A stretch of DNA of 64,000 nucleotides from Carcharhinus amblyrhynchos (taxonomy: Eukaryota), in assembly GCA_965287045.1 (NCBI GenBank), contig OZ336885.1, positions 62,744,001-62,808,000 on the forward strand, read 5' to 3'. Of this stretch, positions 12,101 through 25,265 are shown in pieces; positions within the stretch are counted from its first letter, which is position 1, and the number at the start of each line of letters is the position of its first letter. The notes beneath the pieces were generated by a model. The model was not told the origin of the DNA, ran no database searches, and saw only the letters and a list, made by a program, of their open reading frames with translations. Position numbers and translations under genes: made by a program.

Positions 12101-14580
12101 ATAGCACAACATATCATCTTCCCACAACCTTCGACACATCGACACATTTGTGGTAACAACCCTTATTCCAAAGTAGCCAAGGTACTAGTTTTCAATCGGA
12201 CATCAGGTGCCAGAAGGGCAGGATCCAAGATCCTTAGAGTGAGTCGCTATCAACATCCAGCCTTGATCAAAGACTCACAAGCACAGCGGGACCAAGTCTA
12301 TCAGCGTGTTGGAGGGAATCCCCAGAGAAATCCATATCTTAAGCATGGCATTGCAGCACTTCAAAATGGACCGTGGAAACATTAATCAAACTGCAGCGAT
12401 TCTCTGCATTAGTTTCAGATCATTGCACTGGTGCCAATAACCAAAACCTGAGTGGATTATCCCTGTTCTTCATGAGACTTTCTTGCATCCCGTGCTGATA
12501 CTCAAAGAGCGCAGGGATGGCCAAACTCCTCAGAACTTGGGGGCTATCATGGATTTTCCCTGGGTGCCATGGTCACAAATGCTTATGTCTGCAGTCATAA
12601 AATATTGAGCCGACTTCAAGAAAAAAACCCTTTCTATTTACAAAAGTTTTTTTTCTCTAAAATTGAGCGGACCACAGGTCAATATGCGCCCCCCACCCCA
12701 CAACACCTGCACAAGGAGCATGCGTGTGCGCGTGACGAAGCCTGCAGCTCGGGGCGCCTTTATCTTCGACCAGAACAACACCAACTCACATGTACCTTAT
12801 CTGGTTCTACAAACAATCTGTAACATGAATGGAATAGCTGTGCATAAATGACTGTGACATGCCAGAGTTACCAGGAATGCTCCAGTGGCATGGGAGTTCA
12901 GGGTCGCTAGGACCCTCATGTTTACGGGTGCGCTACTTGCCCCGGATGTGCTAGTTCTGTGAATACATGCCACAGGTGCACACTCTCTCCTGGCAAGGGT
13001 GGAACCGACTCAAGAACATAGTGTCAGCACGCACTTCAAGTGTCTCCTTGTTCCGTATTACCTCTGTCTGCATCCTTTCCCAACATAGATTCCTATAGCA
13101 CATCATGGGGCACACCGGCTGCTCCAGAACTTCCTGTCCTGTTTCTGGCACTGGCTTGCATTCCAGCGGCTGTATGACATCTTCCATTTACTCAGCCTCC
13201 CCGTCTTCAGCAGTTGCCACAATAATGACCATCTCTATGAGTATAAGTCCGAAAGCTTTCGCCCGGTGGGTATTACATAGAGACTAAGGGTGAGAGAAAC
13301 ATGCGTTCTGTTTTGTTTCCCGGAATCCCTGGCCCTCATTGGGTCAAATGTCCCTCATTGTGGATGCTGTGAACGCAAACAATCTAGTGAGTCATACGTC
13401 ATCTGAAAATGTTGCCTGCCATCGCTGTTGTGCCTGCTGCTGGTAGCGGGAGAATATGTGTTTATTTTGCAGGCTTTACAATTGTGCACACTTCAGCCTT
13501 TGTCACTGGTGCGACTAATGAATTCCCTTGCAGGCATGTGTTCAAAGTCAGGCTTACTGTGCAGGGACAGCCTCTTCATTACAGCAAGTTTGTTTTTCAT
13601 TCAATGCAATGTCCATGAAGCGTGACTCCTTGATATAACACGTGCTCCTCAGTTCAAAAGAAATAAAAAAAAACAGTTGCCTGACTTGATGAGCCCTCAA
13701 TTTACACATGTCTCCCTTATTTCCACCAAAACCACCCGCATAAAAAATGTGCCTCACCTCACCCCACTGTCAGAAAAAAAATGGATCAACGATATGTCTG
13801 GAATCAGCACTCCCACTAGCACTCAGTATGGACCCTCACCCCAACCCATTGCAAGAATAATGAAAATTACCTGTGGCTGGAATCAGCAGTACCACGAATG
13901 GACAGTAAAAAAAAATCTTCAGCCCAACCCGCTGCCAGAAAAATGGAATAAGTCTGTGCCTGGAGTCTGGATAGTCAGCACTCAATCAACTTTCCCAATT
14001 CATCCAGAACCTTTGAAAGCCCTTTCTACATTCCGCATCCCACACACGCCCCTCCACCACCCCCCCCCCCACCCCGCCCCCCGCAAATTGAGTGCTATAG
14101 CTCTATTCCAATTACGTTCTCACTCCTCTTCAGTGCAGGTACGCCAGTTCCGATGTTTATTGGGCAGGAGTAAGTGACGCCATCCTGCTGTAACACCAGA
14201 GATGGTGAGATTCCGCGCAGAGGCGAGGAAGTGGCAAGAGTAATGTTGCAACTCCATGTTTTCTTGTGTAATTTTACAAAAAACGTTTAAATTGCCGTCA
14301 TGGCGATCTTCAGCGCCTATGATATCCTGCTGAAAACCAGAACCTTGGGGAAGTTTGCAGGCCCGGGAACCCAGCGTGAATCTCACGAAACAGCCGCCGG
14401 TGACATCCCATGGCTTGTTGTGTTCCTAATGATGCGCACCGGGCTAGGACATGCAAGAACATTATCTACTCTCATTACCGTAATTTACTCCTTATTTATC
14501 CATTCGACACCACATGCCTCTTTCGATAATGCTCTCTTTTTCCGAAAGATTCCATGGCCTGGCATGTTGAGTTGCTAGGC
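9200..14580. mobile_element. Degraded autonomous PIF/Harbinger transposon (Myb/SANT gene on +, transposase on -)
   Basis: The + strand at 9300-9432 gives 'QKMNNLLHAAR|gtaag' (Myb/SANT end); - strand relics at 12200-13250 give 'RVLATLNSHATGAF', 'FVNRKGF', 'HPGKIHDS', 'PLRFWLLAPV', matching HARBI1-type DDE motifs. Ends approximate. Confidence 0.75.
9755..10460 (-). mobile_element. CR1/HER1-like LINE 3' fragment inserted into the Harbinger relic
   Basis: ORF 9829-10557 has 'DLGVRIHRTLK…RVQRTLTRMLPGL…FFTQRVVSVWDRLP'; (AGAACAT) tail. Confidence 0.9.
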
Positions 14581-15808
14581 ATGCCCTGATATCAAACATG
14601 CTTATTAATGGTAACAATATCACGCTTCCATGTGCCAATCCACAACTTTAACTTAGCAGTATAACCTGCTAGAGTATGATTGGTGTAAAGTACGCCCACG
14701 CTTGTCTTACTCCCTTGATACTCAAACATTTTGATCTGATTCTGAGATTCTTCCTTTACTGTGGTATTACGCATCACGTTCTTTTTAACATTCTAGTTCT
14801 CCATCACCTACTTAACTTGTTGGCAGTAAACCCAACTACCCACCAAATCTCTCTTTGCAACGCTATTGTCCCCAAATTGATTCAGGGCCAGCTCTCCCCG
14901 ATTGTACAAATCCCACTTTCCACAGAAACGTGGAGCCCAACAGCTAACCTTCGAATCACGGCTCCCGTAACAGCATTACAAATCAGATGTTGGAGCTGGT
15001 ATTCCCTCACATGTATTAAGCCAGCACTGTGCAAAGGCTTAAATGAGAAAAAAAAAATTCTTTCATAAATATGCATATTGCTTTCCAAAATATTTGACCT
15101 GTCCCATAACTTCAATAATAATGGAAATTTTCAACGCGTCAGTGCAATTAGTTTTATCGCTGCACTTAATGTAGTTCAAATTGGTGTTGCTGTTTTACAT
15201 CACAATTTTTTGACTGATTAAAGTTTTGTTCATCGACAGTTATTCAGTAATGGCCTGTCTTTATTGGTGATTTATTGACAATTGCGGTGTAACTTTTTTT
15301 TCCAATTCTCACAGGATTCCTCCTCATTTCGCCCCCCCCCCCCCCCCCCCGCCCACGTTATGAACATAGCAAACTTAATGTGTTCTGGAAGTTCGGCTGT
15401 ATTTTCCATTCATATCATTTTTCTCCCAAGCGACTTGAACTGAACCTTCGCCTGCTTACGTTTTTGCGTTTTTTGTTCTACCTGAAGCATCCCAACTTTG
15501 TATTGGATTCGTTTTGAATTCAGTATTGGTATCACATCTTTCAGTAATCGCTATGGTTTATAAAATGTTGATGTCTGTTTTTTTATTTATCACTTGTCTT
15601 TCCCTTTTAATTATCGGCTTCCCAATATCCAATGTTTTTAACAAAAAAATCCTTGACTTTGTTGTTTGTTTTAATAATCATGAACCGAAATTAAACATGT
15701 TATCCGGCATGCAATTAATACAAATGTATATGTCAGAAGAGACTGATGCCGCATTTGTGAGAATATTTTCCACCACATAAATGAAATCTGCATCTTTGTC
15801 CATCACAG

Positions 15809-15835
15809 AAAACAAGTTGAAAGAAAAAAAGAAAG
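15809..15835 (+). CDS. Candidate 27-nt phase-1 micro-exon (ENKLKEKKK) of the unassigned coiled-coil gene
   Basis: tttgtccatcacag|AAAACAAGTTGAAAGAAAAAAAGAAAG|gtattt; sequence similar to the exon at 49907. Confidence 0.7.
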
Positions 15836-16448
15836 GTATTTACTGGGATTGACGGGGTGTTCAGAGGAATGAATTGTGATTCCAGTATGAACGAAACAAA
15901 ATGGCACACAATGAAGTGGAAATATATTTTCTAATGCTACGCTCCGATTCTCATCCTCCATCCCTCTTACATCATTCTACATCATGTCGAGGAAGTGATT
16001 TGATGAGAACAAAATAAATTGCGTTTCAAACCTTTACGACAACGCTGATTAAAAAAAAAAACAAGGCATATACTTCCAAAATCTGTAAATACCACAAAGC
16101 TCACTATTCGCAATAAACAGCCCTTTATAGTCTAACGCAAAAAAAGAGAGAAATAGATGTCCATTTAAATGTAATTCGGTAGCCTTGGCATTTTCTGTAT
16201 CAATTCTAATTGCTGTCGTACTGCAAGGGGAAAAAAAAATCTGCATGGAATTTCGACTGACGTATGGCGAATTTTTACAATATCAATTGATATTTTCTTA
16301 TAATTTCCTAACTTGAAAATCGGTTAGCGCTCCCAGTTGCAAAGGAAATATGACCTGGTCTTTTTAGGAAGACACAAATAATGCTGTGCAATTTTAAGAA
16401 CACATACTTTTTCGTCACATTATTGTAGACGGTCACCATAAGGAAGCA

Positions 16449-16495
16449 TGTGTGTGTGTGTGTGTGTGTGTGTGCGTGCGTGTGTGTATGTGTGT
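16449..16495. repeat. (TG)n microsatellite
   Basis: Directly visible. Confidence 0.9.
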
Positions 16496-18476
16496 ACGTG
16501 GAAGCGCAGCATAACGATGTCTCTTTTGTCTCAAAATTGCAATACAGAAAATGTTATTTGCATATCTAAACAGTTGGGCATTAAAACCGCAAAATCAGCA
16601 TTTGTTAGCCTCACATTCTTTGCATCTTTATTATTGGCGCTCATAGTCTCTCTTTTCAACCTCAACGTTTGTTTTCAGGTTACTGATTTCGACATTCCTT
16701 GGTTTAGGATCCCACCAAGCCACAGTATTAAAACGTTTGTGTTATAATCATGCTTGGTGGATATTTCTATCCATATGGACATTCCCAACTCGTTGGCCAG
16801 GACACAATCGCCATTCTTGTAAAATTCAGTTTGCCTCCCAACATCGACAGGTTTTTTTTTGGTGCGTGAACAGCTGCAAACAACATTCACACTATCACCC
16901 GAGCAAGATGCGACACTCGTTTTGAAAACAACGAGTCAGGATCCGCCCAAAACAAAAACAATTGTTCAACGAGTGCCAAACGGGAGTAACTTAACCTGAC
17001 CTCTTTACCCCGCCGCACAAACCAGACAACACTGACTTCCACCAACCCACAGTTAGTAGGGTTACGAACCCCTTGAGGCCAGCGCCGAATACGTGCTCTC
17101 CCAGCATCCCCCCACTTCCAACACCTCCCCCCCCCCAACCCCCACCTCCTTCCCCCAACCAGCCCTTATCTCCCTGCCTCCAAGTCGGTTTATTTGAACG
17201 TACTTAGGATTCGTGTGCAATGACAAGATATTAAACAACCATTTCGGGGAATGGTGGTTTCTGGAACAACTGACTTTATTACTGCATCTCAAACATTACT
17301 ATACGGCGTTTGTCACGCTCTAAGCATTGTCTTCAGTTGATGTGCGATAGGTCGCCAAATGAACCGATTGATACTTTTTTGGCCATTTAGGACATTGCAT
17401 CAGATAATCCACCTGGCCCATTTTTCCAATGTGGGCTGCGATTACTTTCCCAGTTTCACACAGGTGTGCTGTGCACAACGATTTTTGAAATATCAGTATT
17501 GCTGAAGCAGCAAGCTCTTTGTTTCGAAGTTGAATGACACCAGTCATATCCTGGTGCCAGGGTCGAACAGTCTTTCCTTTGCAAAGCAACAGGTTTTTCA
17601 GGATGACATTTGGGGGAGTAATTATCAGCAGCTGAACAGCTAACATTGTGAGTGACGTAAAATGTTTTTTTTCTCTCCTAGCTCTGAACCAATGGCTGCA
17701 AATTATTTTTCCAAACTTTCAACTTTGCTTATATGAAGAGGAACAGTAACAACTTTGACTAAATACCTCATCTTGTTTCTAACAATCTGGCAAATTAAAG
17801 TGGTTAACTTGTCTTACGTTTCGAATGAGTTATCCAGTCATAATATTGCTTTTAGTGTGGATTGGGACAAAACATTTTCTTTATTCGCCGTTTTTTTTTC
17901 ACGCATGTTCCATGCTATAATGCACTTAATATTGAATTCATGTAATCAGATGATGCAGAACACAATTTCAAAATTGAAATTTCACATTTCCTTTGACGAA
18001 GCACCATCGAGGATTATGCACTGAAAGAGGATTTAAAAAATGAGACGTTGAGAGTGGGGATACAAAGGAAGCAGTAGAAGCACATAAGGCCGTCTCTAGG
18101 CCGAATCGTGCGCGAGATACAAGTATATATGGCCATGCTTCCAATGTGATAATTATGATACATCAGAACTCGATCGGTGAACTTTAATTGGAGAGCTTCG
18201 GGGTGGTGGGCGAGGGGGGTGGGGGTCGGCGGGGGAGGGGGGGGGGCGGAATTAACTGTGCGACAGAGAGTCTCTCTGCAGCTGCCACCAAACACATGTC
18301 AATCTTGACTAAGAAATCTAACACTCAAGGTGAAATCTAGGTTACAAGCTTTTGATTCTAAAATGGCAAAGCGAAACCGCAGAGAACCGAGAAAAAAAGA
18401 TTGTTTTTATTTTCTGAAGAGTGACATGTCTCAAATTTCAGGAACATAAAGAAATGGTAAAGGATTTAATTGTAGA

Positions 18477-18477
<1 letters not shown>

Positions 18478-18553
<76 letters not shown>
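18478..18553. repeat. (TG)n microsatellite
   Basis: Directly visible, perfect array. Confidence 0.95.
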
Positions 18554-18554
<1 letters not shown>

Positions 18555-20109
18555 CTCTCTGTCAATGTGAGAAAGAGAGGGAGATTTAATTCTGGAATGT
18601 AATTCTAACTGAATGAGAGGTAAGGGACTCCTGATTATTATTTAGTGCTTACACGTTAATGCACGTCATTTTCTTTTAATTGTCCTCAATATGAAAGGAA
18701 ATCTCACCTTTTCCCATGCATTTCTGCGCATTGTAACACATTGAGAGAGTAAACACAAATAACTAACGTTCCATGTTAACTTTCTCGGGGTCGGGACCTC
18801 CAATTGTGTAACGTCAGTGGTGTTTCCAAACGCGCGCGTGTCTTTGCGTGTGTGTGTGTGTGTGTGTGTGTTGGTGTTTGTGGCGGGGGGCGGGGTGTGG
18901 CGGGGGGGGTGGTGGGGTGGGGGCAGTTTGATTTCACGCTCGCGCGCACGCTCATGTATGTGTCCAGTTGCTTGCCAGTCGAAAGATAGAGAACCATTTT
19001 AGTATATGTGATGCAAACTTGGTGATGAGCAGGATTACCCTATTTGCGCAATTACATTAAATTGCAAGAATGACAAACAGCAATCTAACATATAAATGGG
19101 TCATGAGAAATTGGTAAAATCACCTGACTGAGATAATAACTGCAATAAAGACAACGTTAAAAATCGGATGCATTCGGGGTAAAATCCCTTCATTCAGGCA
19201 GTAATTTTAGGCTCAGTTTTTTTTAGGTCCCATTAAAAATTGTCTGTAAAAAAAAATATATCAGTGACAGGGATCCTTGGAACTAAAGTGCGCCGCAGAA
19301 TGCAATCAATGGAATGAAGTGTCGCAATGCCAGTTGGTGGAATGTTTCAAGCAAGAACCAAACTTAATTAAATAGCCTGAGAGGAGAGTTGAATAATAGC
19401 ATGAAGAAAGCAAAGGTTAGTGATGACAACATCATTTTTGTATACCTTTCTCTTTCCATTGGCATTTAAATTGGAAAAAAAACAGATCAGGATGCGAGTC
19501 TTAACTTAAAATAAAAGCTTGACGTTTGAGATGAATCAATGTTGGAAGTACAACGGAAACAATGACAGTGCTTAGCAAGGATTAATGTTTTTTTTTTGTC
19601 GCAAACTTTGCTTCTCTGAACGTTAAATATGTTGTCTGGATTCATGCAAATGAATTCCCCCCGCCCCCACCCGCCCAGCACCCGCAAAAAAAGTCCACGT
19701 TCCCAGCAAATGGATGATGTGCTGCAGGATTGCAAGAAGCCATAACCTTCTTGAGTCGCAGCAAAAAGAGACCCGTCAGCTTATTCTATAGGAGACGTAT
19801 GGTTTAAATTTATTAAGTGTTTAAATAATCAACGTTCATTTGCTGATCTTTGATTAAAAACAAAATATAAGACAAAACTGTTTTCCAAAATGAAAATACT
19901 CTTTGCATGATCCGTCAGTTTTCATTTTATAGAAGGGATCGGGTTTAGAACGGAAAATAGAAAATGATTTAGACAGACTGCGGCAAACTCCCATTACTCG
20001 TTGATGAGTACAGATACGGACAGGATGAAGGTCATTAAAATGACTTTAATTTTATCTATGCAATAGAATAATAGATTCTTAGGATCATAGGTGCATATGC
20101 TCATAAGGT

Positions 20110-20270
20110 AATAGAATTTTTAACGTACGCAAGGGGGCCATTCTGCACATAATCTCTGACCAACAACAACTCATCGATCCCTATCCCCATAATTCTACGG
20201 TTTTTTGACACCGAATGGCAATTATGTATGGTCAAACCATCTAATACACATTTTCGAACTGTAGGAGCCA
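20110..20270 (-). mobile_element. Degraded HE1-like SINE fragment
   Basis: GGGGGCCATTC…CCCTATCCCCATAA…GGCAATT…GGTCAAACCATCTAA resembles the other SINE copies. Confidence 0.5.
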
Positions 20271-20329
20271 ATATCTAGAGATGGTTAGAAATCTGGGTAG
20301 ATGTGAGGAAATCGACTAATTGATTTTTT

Positions 20330-21215
20330 TTTCTGATTGGACGACAATGACTATGGTGTTCCATAGAGGTCTGTGGAGGACCGCAAATGCTCACATGGCA
20401 TATTCATTATTGGAGAAGGGAACTGAATGCAATGTCTCCAGATTTATAGATGATAAAAGTTGCGTGGGAGGATGAGTAGTGATATGGATGCAAAGATGCT
20501 TCACCTTGAGTTGGGAGGACTCAGTTTCCGAAAATAATGTGGATAAACCTGTACTTATCCAATTTTGTAGCAGAAAATGAAAGAAAGCTAAATATGTGAA
20601 AGAGTGTAAATGGAGAGATGTTAATACTCAGCGAATTCGTGTTGCCCTCGAGCGACAGCCTATGAAAATACGCGTGCAGATACAAAAGACAGTGAATAAA
20701 GCAAATAGAATGTTAGTCTTCATAGAGAGAAGTTTTGAGTACAAGGAAGAGGATGGTTTTCTGCAATTCTATAGGATGGCAAGAAAGACTAAATTGGTTA
20801 GGATTATATTCACTAGAGTTCAGAAGAAAAACGTGGGTCTTATTTAAACTTAAAACAATCTAACCCTAGTACACACGGTGAATTCAAGCATAATATTCCC
20901 AACAGTCGGTGAGTTCAAAATAAGGGCGACAGTTTTAGGACAAAAGTTAAAACTGTCTGGCATGAACTCGAGGGACGTTGATTCACCCAGACGTGATGAA
21001 TGCGTGAAATTCATTACCATAGAATGTACATGAGTCCAAAAAGCTTTTAATTTCAAGAATAAATTTGCTGTAGTTCAAAGCAATTTAGGGATCAAGGGAT
21101 ACGGAGGTAAGTGGTGATCTGAGTATTAATTTAAATGACCAGTCACGATCAAAATGAATGGCGCAGCCGCCTCGGAGGCCTGAATGACATTCTCTAGCTT
21201 CAGTTTCTATGTTTC
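20330..21215 (+). mobile_element. Old CR1 LINE fragment (RT to 3' UTR)
   Basis: 'VQIQKTVNKANRMLVFIERSFEYKE' in ORF 20596-20847; 3' end GAATGGCGCAGCCGCCTCGGAGGCCTGAATG…TTTCTATGTTTC. Confidence 0.75.
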
Positions 21216-21935
21216 TAAACAGGAGGATCCGGAGGAGGCGGAAGTAAACACAGGGTAGTAACCTCAGACAGGCAGTCATTGAAGGCCATAACTGAGCCCA
21301 GATTGTTCGTGTTCTGAGACAGCATTGCTAACTACGCGTTGAGTCTGTAGTGCTAACCACATTAGCAATGGATTTTCGACAAAGAGGCATGGACAATCGA
21401 AGTTCAAACTTAACGGGTTATAACCCTCAAGTCAGCTTGAATTGAATTACTACATGAAAAATAAGCATGAGCTCTGGGACACTTCTATTGGCGAGTCAAA
21501 GTTCGCTTACATTGAATGAAAGACAACCAAAGCATGGCACGGTTTTTGCTGAATGCAGCCAAATAAAACTATGCGCATTAACTGCACGTACAGTAAAGTG
21601 TTACGAATTCATGATGTAATTGCCTTGGAAATGACTGTAGTAATCAAGTATGCTGCGGGAATTTAGTGTTGCAGGCTCCTTGTGACTCGTGCGCTGGAAA
21701 ACAAAAATGTTTTTATTGTCCAAATTGCATTCGATAGTCACTTGCAGAAATGACCTGCCAAGTGCGATCTAAATTGAACAGTTGACTTTTACCGATTCTT
21801 CGACCGAGGGTGCAAAAGATGCTTCCAACAGTCTCCCAATTGGCCGGACTGGTTGCGCAACTCACAAACGCACGAGCTCTATACCTGCAAATATGCAAAA
21901 TCTACTAACGTCACTTTATTTTATTCATGATTCAG

Positions 21936-21971
21936 AATTAGCCTCGTGTCAAGAAGCTTTAACGGAATCAG
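21936..21971 (+). CDS. Candidate 36-nt phase-1 micro-exon, type A (ELASCQEALTES)
   Basis: Perfect branch point TACTAAC at 21903-21909; ttcatgattcag|AATTAGCC…GAATCAG|gtaagc; paralogous to 47525-47560. Confidence 0.85.
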
Positions 21972-22029
21972 GTAAGCCGCGTAACAGACATCGATACGAA
22001 ACTCTGGGAGATTATATTGAAACAAGATA

Positions 22030-22690
22030 ACAATGAACAAAGAACAGGAACGTTCCACGTTTGTGCCGACCATGAATTATGTCTAAACTAAAACGGTATT
22101 TACTTACAATGTCCGCATCCTGCCATCACTATCCAATTCATATATTCCTCCAAGAGCGAAATGTTACTATTGTATCTGCTTACACCGCCTTCATGGGCAA
22201 GACGTTACAGCCAGTCACCAGACTCTTTGTAAAAAAAAAGTCACGCTCATCTCATTTAAACTTTTCCGCACGTAACACAAACGTCTGAACTCTTGCACAT
22301 GTTTTTTCTAAAGACACAAAGAATATCTGACGAACGTTTCTGTTCCTCTCAGTCATAACCTTGTAAAGGTCTATGCGTTCGAGACTTAAGTTGAGAAATG
22401 GCAAATTTTTTTTCGGGCACATATGAGGCAATGCTTTTTGGATGGTCCAATGCGTATAGGGAATACACGGAAAATGGTAGAACGCTTAGGAGTATTGGCT
22501 GCAGAGACTTGTCGGCGTATATCCCCTCCGAACCCACATATGATTGGACTGTGTAACAAAACCAGAGCACCAGGAGGAAACCCACACAAACACTGTGAGA
22601 ATTAGAAAAATCCAGACAGACAGTGGCACAAACCAGGAATCGGTCTCTGGAGCTTTGAGGTGATTGTGTTAACCACTATGCCACCGTGCC
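22030..22690 (-). mobile_element. Degraded CR1 3' fragment followed by an HE1-like SINE
   Basis: GAACAAAGAAC tail at ~22035; SINE core CCAGAGCACCAGGAGGAAACCCACACA…AACCACTATGCCACCGTGCC at ~22500-22690. Confidence 0.65.
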
Positions 22691-22827
22691 GGACAAGACC
22701 ATTTTATATCCACGGTTCCCGATACTTTCAACACTTATCCTTCATCTTCACCGGTACGTGACCGTACTGAATTACAATTAACTAACATTTGAATGACCCT
22801 TACATTTCGAATGTCGTTTGATCTTCA

Positions 22828-23381
22828 AGCTGGTGAGGCCGCAGCTGGAGTACTGTGTGCAGATTTGGTCGCCGCACTTACCTTGGAAGGAGTGCACAGG
22901 AGGTTTACTAGGCTGATTCCGGAGTTGAGGGGGTTGAACTATGAGGAGAGGCCGAATAAACTAGGCTTGTAATCGTTAGAGTTTAGAAGAATGAGGGGAG
23001 ATCTCATTGAGACGTATAAGTTGTTGAATGGGATGGATAGGATAGAGGTGGAGAGGCTCTTCCCGCTCAGAAAGGACAGTAGGACTAGAGGGCACAGCCT
23101 CAGGATAAAGGTTTAGAAAGGAGTTGAGGAGGAACTTCTTCACTCAAAGGGTGGTGAATCACTGGAATTCTCTGCCCGTAGAAGTGGTGGAGGCTGCCTC
23201 GCTCAATATTTTTAAGACGCGGGTTGATAAGTTTTTGATAGGCAAGGGATTAAGGGTTATGGGGAGAGGGCAGGAGTGTGGAACTGAGCCACGACAAATC
23301 AACCAAAATCTTATTGAATGGCGGGGCAGGCTCGAGGGGCTGGATGGCCTACTCCTGCTCCTATTTTTTATGTTCTTATGT
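22828..23381 (+). mobile_element. Young CR1 LINE 3' fragment
   Basis: 'RRNFFTQRVVNHWNSLPVEVVEAASLNIFK'; 3' end GGCCTACTCCTGCTCCTATTTTTTATGTTCTTATG; same family as 54016-55206. Confidence 0.92.
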
Positions 23382-24280
23382 GCCGCAGGAACGCCTGTCT
23401 GCGCCCTGAACATGGATTCCAGTATGACTGTCGCTCTTCTCCGGCGTGTCCCCACTGCTGACGAAACAAGATCGAGGCCTGGTGCGACCTCCCTTGCTGG
23501 TGATGCCTCCCCATAACAAGTCATTCGTCCGACAGTATCCAAAACGTTATGCTGTTAGAAAGGGAAACATCGTATTGGATTTCCTTGACTGTCTGCCTGA
23601 TCTTTTGATGGACAACCAACACTTCTGCCTGCTTGCGTGTGAGTAAGGCTTGATAGCTCCAATATGTGATGCTTTCCGCCACCTGCATGGTCGTCCATCC
23701 ATCACACTGCACGTCCAATCGATCTGTACGTTCTGCGGGGATTTGCAATTGGGTTAACTTCATGCAGATGGAATTCCCCCAAATTCTTGAAGCCTCTCTG
23801 TTCTCCCACACGTCACAGACGATGCACGTTACCCAGCTGACTGATATTTACATCAACATTTTCTGTCTTTTAAAATCCTCAAAGTTTAGGTTTGAGTCTC
23901 TGATAAATAATAATAGCTAAACATCTGTGTGCCTGATACTATTTAATCAGTTCTATGTTTTAATTTGGTTATTGATCCGACTTGATCTGAAACCAAATTA
24001 AAATCAATAATTTAAATCAGCAGCTTAGAGTAGTTTATTTTCAAATTTAGCCCAAATTTCCTTCCATCCAATCAGCACACAGTTTCGTTGATGTCGCTTA
24101 AATGTTCTGTTTCAAATTAAGAAACAACCATACCTTAACATTACCTCATTGTCTCTCTATCCGGTCCAGGAATGAAGGCAGCGAATCCCGAAGGGAAATT
24201 ATAGTCTGACTCGCACATGTCTCTCTCCCTCTCGCTCTCTCAATCAGCTTTTTCTCTCGCGTCCACAACTACCGCATTAG
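23382..24280 (-). mobile_element. CR1 LINE 5' portion: ORF1 (Zn-finger/leucine zipper and start of esterase domain) plus probable 5' UTR
   Basis: 'MWENREASRIWGNSICMKLTQLQ…' and 'DTVG…RATVILESMFRAQT' correspond to the CR1 ORF1 motifs 'CxMWE…CxKCxQLQ' and 'LDTVG…VIGDSIVRGTD'. Confidence 0.75.
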
Positions 24281-24364
24281 GACAAGACGACATCTTGTTT
24301 CTACGACCTCACAGCGCCCTTTTGTTTTGGTTAAATGACAAGGGCTTTACTGTTTCTTGAGTAC

Positions 24365-24750
24365 AGAAGTTCCGCTTCCAACTCCCTCATTGGTAATGCT
24401 GAGTCAAATTCATCCTGACTTCTCCAGTGAAGTATCTCTGTCGTCTATATTATATGTTGTTCCTCTCTTTTACCTCTGTAGGGTTTCTTCCACTTTCCAT
24501 TTGTTACCAGATGTTGCTGCACCAACTTCACCCAGAATTCTCCAATGAAGTCCCTCTGCCATTTCTAACGAATGGTCTTGTTCACGCTTATCACTGGAGG
24601 GTTTCTTCCACTTCGCCCTTCTTAGTCGGTGTTACTGGTCCAAATCCGCAAAGAAAGCTCTCGTGAAGCCCTCTGCAATCTCTGTCGTTTGTGGTTCCTC
24701 CTATGAATCGTTGCAGCTGCTCTTCCACTTCACACTTTTAGTGGTGTTCG
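24365..24750. repeat. Degenerate tandem repeat, period 117-118 bp, ~3.3 copies
   Basis: TGAAG anchor at 24428/24546/24664; TCTTCCACT anchor at 24486/24604/24721. Confidence 0.8.
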
Positions 24751-25045
24751 CCCATCGTCGTCGATGAGGACCTCGACGCCATTAGTCATTTTGAGGCTGG
24801 ATGCGGTATGTCCGAAGCTGACTTATCAGGCCAATTTGAGCACGGAATGTCCTGGCACATATTGGGCAGACGTGTGTATGCACTGTAGTTGTTGTGCTCG
24901 TGGCTTTAGACTTGTGCAGCTCGTGCTTTAGGTGTGCTTCAGCAATGCACTTTGCTTCATAAGCTTGACAGCCCTTGTGGATCTAGTAGAGCCAGGTACG
25001 GTGGTTTTGTGCCAGCGTTTCACAGGTGCTGGCTGAGTGCATCAG
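24745..25045 (-). mobile_element. RTE-clade LINE 3' end
   Basis: Minus strand encodes 'ETLAQNHRTW…IHKGCQAYEAKCIAEA…HVCPICARTFRAQIGLISQLRT', the typical RTE C-terminus. Confidence 0.85.
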
Positions 25046-25265
25046 CATGAGCATGAGCAAAAGATTTGGTGAGAATAAACTCGAGTTATTTAGTTGCTCA
25101 CCTACAAGAGCACATTCACTTTGTGCTGATGGAACAATTTTCATCATACAGAATTGAATTGTTGGAAAAATGTACACTTCAAAAACTAATTTATAACATG
25201 GAAAACCTTTTTATTTTCCTATTCTACCTACATTCGTTTATGCACTTTCAACGGCTTTACCAGAC

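Noticed and set aside
18442-18456. 15-nt AG/GT-bounded segment GAACATAAAGAAATG
   Set aside because: Contains a stop in phase 1; poor polypyrimidine tract.
18600-19200. AT-rich unique stretches resembling conserved non-coding elements
   Set aside because: Conservation cannot be judged without alignments.
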